A stretch of 54,422 bases of DNA from an uncultured virus (IMG/VR IMGVR_UViG_3300035665_002234) (lineage: Duplodnaviria; Heunggongvirae; Uroviricota; Caudoviricetes), in IMG/VR virus record IMGVR_UViG_3300035665_002234. One strand, given 5' to 3'. The first letter of the stretch is position 1. Each line of letters begins with the position of its first letter. The notes below the pieces were generated by a model. It made no database searches. It was given only the letters and a program-made list of their open reading frames with translations, and had not been told where the DNA came from. Of the stretch, positions 21,492 to 31,301 are shown in pieces. The position numbers and the translations under genes were made by a program.

Positions 21492-21876
21492 AAATAAATT
21501 TAAACCATTTTTAGACAAAAGAGGTTCATTAGTTCCAATAGAATTTAATTCTCTTCCATTCGTACCAATGCGTGTATTTGTTGTATCTGGTGTTCCAAAA
21601 AATACTATTAGAGGTAATCATTCACATTACACCACCAAACAGTATCTGTTGTGTTTAGAAGGTCAAATTGAAGTAATATTACACGATGGGATTAATGAAA
21701 GTAAAACACTATTAGAAGAAAATGAAGGTGTTTTAGTATCTGAATTAATATGGGATTCTCAAAAATTTTTAACAAAAAAATCAAAACTTATTGTTTTTTG
21801 TTCAACAAGTTTTGACCACGATGATTACATATTTGATTTTGAAGATTTTATTAAAATAAAAAATAACAAACAATAA
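21484..21876 (+). CDS. FdtA/QdtA-type NDP-6-deoxy-3,4-ketoisomerase (cupin)
   Basis: DKRGSL, RGNHSH (catalytic HxH), DYI..FEDF. Confidence 0.85.
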   Translation: MDKNKFKPFLDKRGSLVPIEFNSLPFVPMRVFVVSGVPKNTIRGNHSHYTTKQYLLCLEGQIEVILHDGINESKTLLEENEGVLVSELIWDSQKFLTKKSKLIVFCSTSFDHDDYIFDFEDFIKIKNNKQ

Positions 21877-21879
21877 TTA

Positions 21880-22950
21880 ATGAACATTGGTATAATTGGC
21901 GTTGGTAATTTAGGTATAAATTTATTAAATTTTTTATCTGAAAAACAACATGTAATTTATGTTTCTGATGTTGATGGTGATAACGTTGATGTTATAAAAA
22001 ACTCAGATGTTATTTTTTGTTGTGTTGATACAAATATTTTACCATCAAATTTTTTGGACATAAAAAATGTTATGAATGTGGTTGAAGATTTTGGAATTGC
22101 ATTTGAATCTGAAATTCCATTATATGAAAAAACATTTGTCATATGCTCCACATTAAATCCTGGTGACACAAAACAAATATCAGAGATATTAAATCCAATG
22201 AATTTGAGTGTTTGTTACCTTCCTCTAATTATTGAGTCAGACAACATATTATCATCTCTAATCAATTTAGAAACAATGGTAATAGGTAGTCTTGATTTAC
22301 AAGTAATTAATACAATTACAGACATATTTCAACCAAAACAAAATAATAAATTAAATGTTATTTCAATGACAAGTAAGTCTGCGGAAATTTACAGATTGGC
22401 ATATAGTTCTTTTATACACACCAAAATTAATTTTGCAAATTTTTTAGGTGAATTAATGTTAAATTATGGAACTTCAGACGAAACAAAATTATTACTTAAA
22501 AGTTTAGGTTATGATAAATCAATATCTGAAAATAATTTTAATTTTGGATTTGGTGTTGGTGGTCCTTGGATTCCAACAGAAAATAGAGTATTAGGTCAAG
22601 TGTCTAATGACAATAAATTAGATTTTGTTTTACCATTTGTTAATGAAGATTTCAATATAAATCACCATCAATTTATTAAAAAACATTTTATAAATTTAAA
22701 TCCTGACAAAACAATACCTTTTGTGTTTACAGGTGTTGGATATAAAGACATGTCTATTGATATTACAGAATCACCAAAATCTGAATTGGTTTCAGATTTT
22801 TTAAAAGAAGGTTATACTGTGTATATTATTGAAAGTGATGAATTTATAAAAAATATGAAAGTAGTTAAAGAATTAATTTTTGATTTTGGTGAAAAGGTAA
22901 AATTCTTTAAACAAGGTACATCGCCCAAAGGAGTATACGTTAATTTTTAA
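21880..22950 (+). CDS. UDP-glucose/GDP-mannose dehydrogenase-family protein, catalytically degenerate
   Basis: GIIGVGNLG, FCCVDT, CST..PG, SAEI, KINFAN, GFGVGGP, G..YK...DITESP; catalytic Cys and Lys positions are substituted. Confidence 0.7.
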   Translation: MNIGIIGVGNLGINLLNFLSEKQHVIYVSDVDGDNVDVIKNSDVIFCCVDTNILPSNFLDIKNVMNVVEDFGIAFESEIPLYEKTFVICSTLNPGDTKQISEILNPMNLSVCYLPLIIESDNILSSLINLETMVIGSLDLQVINTITDIFQPKQNNKLNVISMTSKSAEIYRLAYSSFIHTKINFANFLGELMLNYGTSDETKLLLKSLGYDKSISENNFNFGFGVGGPWIPTENRVLGQVSNDNKLDFVLPFVNEDFNINHHQFIKKHFINLNPDKTIPFVFTGVGYKDMSIDITESPKSELVSDFLKEGYTVYIIESDEFIKNMKVVKELIFDFGEKVKFFKQGTSPKGVYVNF

Positions 22951-22987
22951 TGTTTCTTTTATCATTAATTTTCATAAATTATAATTA

Positions 22988-23740
22988 ATGGAAAAAAAAC
23001 CAAGAAAGAAACCAACTGTTTCTACAAAACCAACTATTTTTAGTGGAGACACAAAATTTACGTCTAAATCTAAAAAAGAAATTATCGCATCTATAATTTC
23101 AAGACCAACAAAGGAAAAATTTTTAACTGAAAATCAAAGATTGTATTATGATTTATTACAAAAAAATCAAATAATCATATGTTCAGGTCCGGCTGGTGTT
23201 GGTAAAAGTTATATTGCTATGAAAGCAGCCGTAGATTTACTCGCGGACCCAACAACACCGTATGAAAAAATTATTATTGTTAGACCTGCGGTTGAAGCCG
23301 AGGAAAAACTTGGAGCTTTACCAGGTAATGTTGAAGAAAAATTAGACCCGTACATTTTTCCATCTTACTATCTATTAAATAAAATTATAGGTAAAGATAA
23401 AAGAGAACATTTAAAAAATATTGAAGCTATTGAAGTATTTGCCTTAGCATATATGAGAGGTATGAACATTGACAATTCAATTTTAATTTTTGAAGAGGCT
23501 CAAAATAGTACACCAAAACAAATGAAACTTTTATTAACTAGAATTGGTTTTAAAAGTAAATTTTTTATTTCGGGAGATTTAGAACAAACAGATAGATATA
23601 AAGACAAAACACAATCTGGTCTATGGGATGCTATTGAAAAGTTTAAAAATGTTAGTGATATTGGTGTTTTTGAATTTAACGACAAAGATATTGTTAGAAA
23701 CCCATTAATTTCACAAATTTTAAGTAAATACGAAGAATGA
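22988..23740 (+). CDS. phoH: PhoH-family ATPase
   Basis: GPAGVGKS, RPAVEAEEKLGALPG, LAYMRG, EEAQN, LTRIG, GDLEQ.D, DIVRNP. Confidence 0.95.
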   Translation: MEKKPRKKPTVSTKPTIFSGDTKFTSKSKKEIIASIISRPTKEKFLTENQRLYYDLLQKNQIIICSGPAGVGKSYIAMKAAVDLLADPTTPYEKIIIVRPAVEAEEKLGALPGNVEEKLDPYIFPSYYLLNKIIGKDKREHLKNIEAIEVFALAYMRGMNIDNSILIFEEAQNSTPKQMKLLLTRIGFKSKFFISGDLEQTDRYKDKTQSGLWDAIEKFKNVSDIGVFEFNDKDIVRNPLISQILSKYEE

Positions 23741-24330
23741 GAATTGCGATAGATATTGATGGAGTGTTAAGAGATACTTTTACCAAGATAGAACAAATTT
23801 ATCAAAAGTATTTTATTGATGAGTTAGAACTTGTTGATGACGAATTCAAATATGAAATCATAGCACCATACAATACACCTGAATATTCTAACCATTTTAA
23901 ATTTAAAACAGATGAAGAATATTTGTCCTTTATGTATGAAGAATTCGCAATGGAAATATTTGGTCACTCACCATCAACTGAAATGTCAACATTTTACGAT
24001 TTAAACGATTTAATTGTAAAATACAAAGATAAGGTAAAATTTTTATTAATTTCAAAGCAAGTTGGTAAGACAAAACCAGCAACATTATTTTTTGTTTCAA
24101 AATTTGGATGTGAAATTGATAAAATCATATTTTATAATCAATTGACAAAAGATAGTGTTTGGAATGAGTTTGATATTTTATTAACATCAAACCCTGATTT
24201 ATTAGAACAAAGCAAAAACAAAACTTTAATTAAATATGAAACTTCTTATAATTTAACAACTGAGTGTGATGAAACAATTACAACTCTAAAAGAATTTGAT
24301 AAAAAAATTGAAACTTTAATAGAAAAATGA
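23737..24330 (+). CDS. HAD-superfamily 5'(3')-nucleotidase-like protein
   Basis: IAIDIDGVLRD motif I; the C-terminal acidic motif is not evident. Confidence 0.55.
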   Translation: MRIAIDIDGVLRDTFTKIEQIYQKYFIDELELVDDEFKYEIIAPYNTPEYSNHFKFKTDEEYLSFMYEEFAMEIFGHSPSTEMSTFYDLNDLIVKYKDKVKFLLISKQVGKTKPATLFFVSKFGCEIDKIIFYNQLTKDSVWNEFDILLTSNPDLLEQSKNKTLIKYETSYNLTTECDETITTLKEFDKKIETLIEK

Positions 24331-24602
24331 TTACATTATTTGGTGAAAACTATTATATAAATTTAGATAATATTGACAAGTATGTTAATATTCAAACACC
24401 CCCATTATCAGGTTCACCAGAACCTGAACAACACATTTCAATAGTAAAATATGAAATGGTTAAAACACTTACTGATGTGATTTTAAGCGAAAGTGAAGAT
24501 ATTGATGAAAAACTTGGTGGAAAAGCGTCAAGTCAACTTACAATACCATTTAAATTAGCATGGAACACAATGTTAGTTAATAAATTAATTGAAAAATTTT
24601 AA
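24327..24602 (+). CDS. Hypothetical protein
   Basis: 91 aa ORF with ATGA overlap. Confidence 0.7.
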   Translation: MITLFGENYYINLDNIDKYVNIQTPPLSGSPEPEQHISIVKYEMVKTLTDVILSESEDIDEKLGGKASSQLTIPFKLAWNTMLVNKLIEKF

Positions 24603-24613
24603 GTAGAACGTAT

Positions 24614-25666
24614 ATGGAAAACGAAATGATTGAAAAAATCAAAGTGTCAATAAAAAATATTGACGAGAAATTAAACAGAATTTATTTTTTTGTTCAGGAC
24701 ACAAAAGGAAACGCCAAAGCATCAATACGATACATTTACGAAATGGCGTTAACTTTAAAAGACAATGGACATAATGTTATTATGTTGTATGAAAAGAAAG
24801 AATATACACCAGTTACATCTTGGTTAAAAGGTTCTTATGATGAATTACAACATCAAAGTTTAGAAGGTCAAAATTTAGCAATTGCACCTGAAGATGTTTT
24901 GGTTATTCCAGAAATTTTTGGTTTTATTATGGAACAAGTTAAAAACTTACCTTGTGGTAAAATTGTTCTATGTCAAGCGTATGACCATATTTTAGAAACT
25001 TTATCACCAGGTGGTACTTGGGAACAATATGGTTTCTTTAAATGTATTACAACATCTGAAGAACAAAAAGATTATATCAATTCATTAATGAGACACGTAT
25101 CTGTTGATATTATAGAACCAACATTACATGAAAATTTTGAATCTTCTAAATTTCCTGCAAAAACACTAATTGGTGTTTCAGCACGTGAACAAAGAGAAGG
25201 TCTTAATATTATTAAACAATTTTATTTAAAATACCCACAATATAGATTTTTCACTTTTAAAGATTTAAGAGGTCTATCTCAAGATGATTTTGCAAAAGGT
25301 TTGCAAGATTGTTTGTTAGGTGTTTGGATTGACCCGACTTCAGGATTTGGAACATTTCCGTTAGAATGTATGAAGAGTGGTGTACCTGTTGTTGGTAAAA
25401 TACCAAATCTAAAACCAGGTTGGATGTCGGAAAAAAATGGTATTTGGATTGATAACCAAAATCAAATGGTTGATGTTATTGCTGATGTTGTTCAAACATG
25501 GTTAGAAGATAACGTCTTACAAGATTTATATACCGAAGGGTTTAATACCGCAGAAAAATTCACAAACCAAGAGAATTTTAAAACGTCAGTTGTTGACATA
25601 TTTAATTCATTTATCAATAAACGTAAAGATGCTTTTGAAGCACAAATCACACAAGAAACTGCATAA
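24614..25666 (+). CDS. GT-B (GT4-like) glycosyltransferase
   Basis: DVLVIPE, SGFGTFPLECMKSGVPVVG resembles EGFGLxxLEAMaxGxPVV. Confidence 0.75.
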   Translation: MENEMIEKIKVSIKNIDEKLNRIYFFVQDTKGNAKASIRYIYEMALTLKDNGHNVIMLYEKKEYTPVTSWLKGSYDELQHQSLEGQNLAIAPEDVLVIPEIFGFIMEQVKNLPCGKIVLCQAYDHILETLSPGGTWEQYGFFKCITTSEEQKDYINSLMRHVSVDIIEPTLHENFESSKFPAKTLIGVSAREQREGLNIIKQFYLKYPQYRFFTFKDLRGLSQDDFAKGLQDCLLGVWIDPTSGFGTFPLECMKSGVPVVGKIPNLKPGWMSEKNGIWIDNQNQMVDVIADVVQTWLEDNVLQDLYTEGFNTAEKFTNQENFKTSVVDIFNSFINKRKDAFEAQITQETA

Positions 25667-25668
25667 TT

Positions 25669-26475
25669 ATGGAAAAGAAACTTAATTTATCAATAATATT
25701 ACCTATCAAATCAGCATTGGCGAAAGATTTTGATGAATACTTTGAAAGCGCCATTAAATCTTTAAAAATCCAAAAAACAACATTTAATGAGTTAATTATT
25801 GTTCATACTCAAGAAGAACAATTGGTTACCAAATTAAAAAATTATGATTTTGAAAGTTTAAATGTAAAACTTGTTGAATACGTTGGAGAACCATCATTTC
25901 AAAAACAGATTTCATTTGGTGTTGAACAGGCTGAAAGTCAATGGATATCTTTCTTTGAGTTTGACGATGAATATTCAAATATTTGGTTTGATAATGTTTT
26001 AAAATATTCTGAAATTTATCCTGATGTTGATGCGTTTTTACCAATTGTTGTTGATACTGACAACAAAGGTACATTTGCAGGTTTTACAAATGAAGCCACA
26101 TTTGCGGCAAATTTCACACAAGAAATGGGATATTTGAATAATGAAACATTATTAGATTATCAAAATTTCCAAACTGCTGGTATGGTAATTAAAAAAGAAA
26201 AATTTGTTGATTTTGGAGGATTTAAATCATCAATTAAATTAACATTTGTATACGAATTTTTACTCAGAATGACATATAATTCTTTAAGAATTATGACAAT
26301 ACCAAAACTTGGATACAAACATACTAGTATGAGAGAAGGTTCAATATTTTGGAATTACAAAAATGGTGATGATATTATGTCAGAAAATGAAGTTAAATTT
26401 TGGATTTCAACCGCAAAAAAAGAATATTTCTTCAAAGACGATAGAAATATAAATTATGAAGTTCAAAATGCTTAA
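25669..26475 (+). CDS. GT2-like glycosyltransferase
   Basis: LSIILP, S...Q, ELIIV, WISFFEFDDEY, FGGF, EFLLR, GYKH. Confidence 0.7.
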   Translation: MEKKLNLSIILPIKSALAKDFDEYFESAIKSLKIQKTTFNELIIVHTQEEQLVTKLKNYDFESLNVKLVEYVGEPSFQKQISFGVEQAESQWISFFEFDDEYSNIWFDNVLKYSEIYPDVDAFLPIVVDTDNKGTFAGFTNEATFAANFTQEMGYLNNETLLDYQNFQTAGMVIKKEKFVDFGGFKSSIKLTFVYEFLLRMTYNSLRIMTIPKLGYKHTSMREGSIFWNYKNGDDIMSENEVKFWISTAKKEYFFKDDRNINYEVQNA

Positions 26476-27215
26476 TGTTTTCTTCCGAAACATTGACGGA
26501 TACCACAGTCAAAAAACGAGGTAGAAAAACAACTAACGTTAATTATTTTGACGTTGCAGAAGAAGCTGCGGTAAGAAGATATCTTATCGCAGAAACTTTT
26601 GAAGAAAAAAATGCAATCTACAATGAGTTTTTGAGGGGTCCTTTGGATAAAATGATATCATCAATTATCCGTAGGTATAAGTTATATCGTAAAGATATGA
26701 ATTTTACCGATATTCACACTGATACACATTCTTTTTTGATGACAAAGGTTGATAAATTTAAACCTTCAAAAGAAAAGAAAGCATATTCTTATTTTGGTAC
26801 TATTTGTAAAAATTATTTAATGGGTCAAATCATAAAAGACCAAAAAGATACAAATAGAAAAATTTCGTATGAAGATATTTCATCCAGTTTAGAACAAAGA
26901 CCTGATATGGTTTATTATATGGAACTTGAAAAAACTGAAGCTGATGATGTAATACAAGGGTTTTTAAACGAATTAAAACACTATATTGATAACGAACCTT
27001 TAACTGATAATGAAAAAAAATTGGGTATTGCTTTGTTAGAGTTATTTGAAAATTATAAAACAATATTTTTAGGTACGGACAATAACAAGTTCAACAAAAA
27101 TATTATTTTACTTTCAATCCGTGAAATGACAAACCTTTCAACGAAAGAAATTAGAACGGCAATGAAACGATTTAAAAAATTATATTATGTCGTGTTAAAT
27201 GACATGATAGAATAA
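26475..27215 (+). CDS. Putative T4 gp55-like late-transcription sigma factor
   Basis: DKFKPSKEKKAYSYFGTICKNYL resembles sigma region 2 of gp55 homologues (nFdp.K..npFaYFtqi); helical C-terminus. Confidence 0.55.
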   Translation: MFSSETLTDTTVKKRGRKTTNVNYFDVAEEAAVRRYLIAETFEEKNAIYNEFLRGPLDKMISSIIRRYKLYRKDMNFTDIHTDTHSFLMTKVDKFKPSKEKKAYSYFGTICKNYLMGQIIKDQKDTNRKISYEDISSSLEQRPDMVYYMELEKTEADDVIQGFLNELKHYIDNEPLTDNEKKLGIALLELFENYKTIFLGTDNNKFNKNIILLSIREMTNLSTKEIRTAMKRFKKLYYVVLNDMIE

Positions 27216-27242
27216 AAAACATTAAAAATAATATTTATCAAT

Positions 27243-27614
27243 ATGTCAAGACCAAAAAAGAAAGAAATAAATTTATCTAAAGATTCGGTTCTTGCATTAT
27301 TGCAAGAAATCTACAATGAACTTGTAGAACAAAGGTCTACGGCTATTAGGGTACAAAATAAAATGTTGGCAATGTTAAAAGACCCTGAAGATATGACCGT
27401 AATTGGTCCTGTTTTAGAAAAACAACAAAAAATTATTAATGATGTTGTAGAGAAAAAATTAACATTGGCTAAATTACAATCAACTATTTGGGAAAAATCA
27501 AATAAAAGTGAAGAAGACTTATCATTGGGTGATATTGATGATGACATGTTACAGTCTTTAATTCAAAAAGATATTGATGGAATGTCAAATGACAATTCAT
27601 ATAAGTTTAAATAA
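27243..27614 (+). CDS. Hypothetical coiled-coil protein
   Basis: 123 aa ORF preceded by TATTTATC. Confidence 0.7.
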   Translation: MSRPKKKEINLSKDSVLALLQEIYNELVEQRSTAIRVQNKMLAMLKDPEDMTVIGPVLEKQQKIINDVVEKKLTLAKLQSTIWEKSNKSEEDLSLGDIDDDMLQSLIQKDIDGMSNDNSYKFK

Positions 27615-27616
27615 TT

Positions 27617-29584
27617 ATGGCAACAATTGTTGATTTAAATTCCGCTTATGATAATGCCGAAAATTCTATAAAGGCGATTCAGACGTTTAATCAAGTATCG
27701 GAAGATAACAAACAAATTACTTCACAACAACAATCGTCTCAAGAAAAGGCTGCGGAAGAAACTGTAAGTCCTTTAACTCAATTACAGGAAAACAAAAAAA
27801 AATTTCAAAGACAAACTGAAACACAATTAGATAAATTATTAAATCTTAATCAATTATTGCCTGACAATAGATTATCGGGTAAGTCATCTAGTTCAGTTGT
27901 TTCATTAGTTAAAAATGATTTTTTAATCGCTTTAAATCAAATTAAATCTGAATTACCAGGTATTATTAAAAAGGCTATGTTAAAACAATTAGGTTGTTCA
28001 CAAGAACAAACCTATGACGTATCAACTTTTTCTGCTAATGGTATTTTTATTCCTGTTGAAAGTGTAGATTTATTTGGATTATTAAAAGAATCACCAACAA
28101 CTCCTATGGGTAGATTGATGTATGAAACAACGCCTATTAAAGTTCAACAAACACCATTTTCTATGAACCGTGAGTTATACTCAAGAATTCAAACTGAAGG
28201 TGTATCATATGATGCTGTTAATGGTCAAAATTATATTGGTTTATCACAACAAAGTTTATTTGATGTTACATATGTTACAGAAGATGAAAATGGAAATCAA
28301 GGAAGTTTTTTTCAAGTAACATTACCAAACAGAGCCGATAATAAAAATTTAGTTAGTCAATTTATTACTGACTATTTTAACACTATCAAAATAGTTGATA
28401 GTAAGGATATATATCTCCGAATATTTCAAGTTTTATTTGGTGCGATGTCCATACAATTAAAAAATGGTTCTGCAGAAACCGAAAGCCAATTAGTCTTTCA
28501 AAGAATATTAACTCGTATTTTAGGTTTATGTTTTGACGATAGGTCAGAAATTGATGTTAGTGGTGTTGCCAAAGTAGCACCTTTAGATGGGGTTGATGAA
28601 TCTTTTTTTGAATTAACAGATGTTGATTTAAGAACTATTGAAAGTGAGTTATCAAACATTCAAAGAGGTGTGGTTGAATATCCTGATTGTACTACGGTAA
28701 AATTACCAATAGATACTGAAGCACTGTTTAATACTTTTAGTGGTATTTTAGAAATTAGTGATGATAATTCTGATGCTAATAGTAAAATTTTTAATAAATC
28801 AATTGCCTCTGTAACAAATAATCCACAATGGCCTCAAGGACCTGAAATTCAATTTTCTGTGGATACCAATATAATCAAAGCAATACCACAAGCATTGTAT
28901 GCAGCCGTTCTTTCACCAAAAGTATTATTACCTTTTATGGTGATGTATAAAGCAATTGAAGGAATTGCTCTTGGTAAAGTTGGTTCTGTAGTAAATGAAG
29001 TTTATAATTTACAAACATTTTTAAAAACTTTCCAAAAATTAAACATAGATGTTATGTCTGAAATAGGAGCAAGATTTGTAAAAATCTTACGTGATTTAAT
29101 TGTTAGAGATATTAGAAAACTCCTTCAAAGTATTGTTAGAGATTTAAAAAAATCCCAAGTTGCAAAACAATACGCAGTGATATTTCAATTAATTGAAGGT
29201 GCAATATTAATAACCCAATTAGTTACGGATTATAGAAAATGTAAAAGTGTGATTGGTGATATTATTAACATTATTGAGTTTGCCTTAAGGGGTACACGAA
29301 TTGAAATCCCACCATTTTTATTGTTTTTATCAACCTTTAGAACAGGATTTAACGATACAAGAGCGTCGTTAGAAGTAATTAAAGAACTACAAAGGGCTGG
29401 AATCCCAACGGGACCTATGCCTGATGGAAGTCCAAATTTATTTTTACAATCAATAGTATCACAAATAAAAGGTACCGAATCTGAACGAACAAAAAATTCA
29501 AAAATGGTATCCATGACTCCACCACAAGTAATAACACCAAGTGGGTTTACAGTCCCAAGACCAATGACAGGAATTCCATTATGA
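27617..29584 (+). CDS. Hypothetical (probably structural) protein
   Basis: 655 aa ORF in an operon with the baseplate spike gene. Confidence 0.7.
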   Translation: MATIVDLNSAYDNAENSIKAIQTFNQVSEDNKQITSQQQSSQEKAAEETVSPLTQLQENKKKFQRQTETQLDKLLNLNQLLPDNRLSGKSSSSVVSLVKNDFLIALNQIKSELPGIIKKAMLKQLGCSQEQTYDVSTFSANGIFIPVESVDLFGLLKESPTTPMGRLMYETTPIKVQQTPFSMNRELYSRIQTEGVSYDAVNGQNYIGLSQQSLFDVTYVTEDENGNQGSFFQVTLPNRADNKNLVSQFITDYFNTIKIVDSKDIYLRIFQVLFGAMSIQLKNGSAETESQLVFQRILTRILGLCFDDRSEIDVSGVAKVAPLDGVDESFFELTDVDLRTIESELSNIQRGVVEYPDCTTVKLPIDTEALFNTFSGILEISDDNSDANSKIFNKSIASVTNNPQWPQGPEIQFSVDTNIIKAIPQALYAAVLSPKVLLPFMVMYKAIEGIALGKVGSVVNEVYNLQTFLKTFQKLNIDVMSEIGARFVKILRDLIVRDIRKLLQSIVRDLKKSQVAKQYAVIFQLIEGAILITQLVTDYRKCKSVIGDIINIIEFALRGTRIEIPPFLLFLSTFRTGFNDTRASLEVIKELQRAGIPTGPMPDGSPNLFLQSIVSQIKGTESERTKNSKMVSMTPPQVITPSGFTVPRPMTGIPL

Positions 29585-29799
29585 TTACAACAAATAAAAT
29601 ATCGTTTGACGAAGCCAATGAAATAATCTCTGATATCAAAAACAGAGGTAATGGTGATTTAACTAAAGTTATGGATTTTTTAAATGAAGATTTTGAAGAA
29701 ACAAAAAATCTTATTGTAGAATTATCCAAACATTTAGATAACATTGAAACTTTATACGATAGTGTATTAAAAGAATATAATTCACGAAACAATGGATAA
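29581..29799 (+). CDS. Hypothetical protein
   Basis: 72 aa ORF overlapping both neighbours. Confidence 0.6.
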   Translation: MITTNKISFDEANEIISDIKNRGNGDLTKVMDFLNEDFEETKNLIVELSKHLDNIETLYDSVLKEYNSRNNG

Positions 29800-31279
29800 G
29801 TCACAGAAAAAAATAATATTTCCTGCCGAAGTTGTTAACAATCAAGACCCACAAATGTTGGGTCGTATTAGAGCGTATCCATTAGACCAAAATACAAGAG
29901 CCGTATTAGAAGGTTATAGTTTTAATCCTGTAACAGATGTTTGGGGACCAAAAGACCCCTTCGTGCAATTACCGTTATTACCAATGTTTTTTAGTCAAGT
30001 TCCTGAAGTTGGGGAAAGAGTTAACATTATTTACCAAAATAGTTTATACCCATTCCAAGACCAATATTATGTTCAAGGAGCCTATTCAACACCAATGAGT
30101 TTACCGTTTGAAAACATTCAAGCTGCAAACAAATATACATCATTAGGTGATAGAGTTTTAAGTACATTATCCGTTAAAAATAAAGACGGTACATATAAGA
30201 ATGAAAAATCTTATGGTGTATTTCCTGAACCTGGTGACAACGCTTTATTAGGTAGAGGTGCTGCCGATGTTATTGTAAGAAGAAATAGTGTTCTTTTAAG
30301 AGCCGGAAAAACAAAAAGGTTTGATACAAATAAATTACCTATTGCCAATACAAATAGAGCTTTTCTTCAAGTATCAAATTTTGATTCATCAATTAAAAGC
30401 AAAAAAACACAAACTCTTATTAAACTTGGGACTGCAAACCAACAAATTAAAAAATTAGTTGAATGGGAAGTTCAAAATTTGGAAAACCAACAAAACGCAT
30501 TTACAGGTTCAATAAGATTATATTCATTAAAACCAGTTAATAAAACATTATCAGACAATATTGATTATGATAGTGATTTAGAAGATGTAAAATCTTTGGA
30601 ATACTATCAAAATTTCATTGGTTATTCATTTGAAAGAACCGTAAAATTAATTAATGATTTTATTATTGGTGTTAATAATGGTCAAATACCGAATGGTCCA
30701 ATTGTTGAAAATCAATTCCCATTTATTTATAGACCAAACGTTACCGCAAGGAAAATATTAAGAGATATTTCAACAACCGCAAATGCCGTTGTTTTTACAA
30801 ACGCATCAAGAATTGCAAACTCAATTACATTAAATCCAGGTTTAGGTACACAAGCAATAAAGTACGCAATTGTACGTTCAAAAGGTGAAGTAGGAAAACC
30901 TATTAAAGTTAATTTGGAGGATGTGGTTCCAAAAGAAGTTGTTGCCGATTATGGAACATTTTTTGCTGGAGGTGCCGATACTGTCTACCTTTTATCACAT
31001 AAGTCAAACAAACCTGTTGATTTAGAGGGTACAATATATGGTATTACACAACAAGATATTATTGATAAAGTATTACCATTTACATCATCAATGGTTAGAG
31101 GTGAAGAACTAATTGACCTACTTAATTTAATCGTTAGATTCTTGGTTGCTCACGTCCATCCAGTACCAGGAACCCCACCAGTTCCCGTTGCAACAGACGG
31201 AACACAATCCACACAAATATTGTTTGAATTACAAAATGCGGTAAATAAAATTCTAAATCCAAATATTAGAATTAATTGA
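29792..31279 (+). CDS. Baseplate central spike / gp5-VgrG-like protein
   Basis: N-terminal OB-fold signature VVNNQDPQMLGRIRA...PLLP...PEVGERV; C-terminal HVH apex motif. Confidence 0.65.
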   Translation: MDKSQKKIIFPAEVVNNQDPQMLGRIRAYPLDQNTRAVLEGYSFNPVTDVWGPKDPFVQLPLLPMFFSQVPEVGERVNIIYQNSLYPFQDQYYVQGAYSTPMSLPFENIQAANKYTSLGDRVLSTLSVKNKDGTYKNEKSYGVFPEPGDNALLGRGAADVIVRRNSVLLRAGKTKRFDTNKLPIANTNRAFLQVSNFDSSIKSKKTQTLIKLGTANQQIKKLVEWEVQNLENQQNAFTGSIRLYSLKPVNKTLSDNIDYDSDLEDVKSLEYYQNFIGYSFERTVKLINDFIIGVNNGQIPNGPIVENQFPFIYRPNVTARKILRDISTTANAVVFTNASRIANSITLNPGLGTQAIKYAIVRSKGEVGKPIKVNLEDVVPKEVVADYGTFFAGGADTVYLLSHKSNKPVDLEGTIYGITQQDIIDKVLPFTSSMVRGEELIDLLNLIVRFLVAHVHPVPGTPPVPVATDGTQSTQILFELQNAVNKILNPNIRIN

Positions 31280-31301
31280 TATTTATATAGTAAAATATAT
31301 A

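Noticed and set aside
9012..26475. Interpreting the glycan cluster as a bacterial O-antigen/capsule locus or a chimeric join
   Set aside because: No wzx/wzy/wzm/wzt or other membrane genes, and the cluster is translationally coupled to phage-type genes (exonuclease, dUTPase, PhoH, gp55-like).
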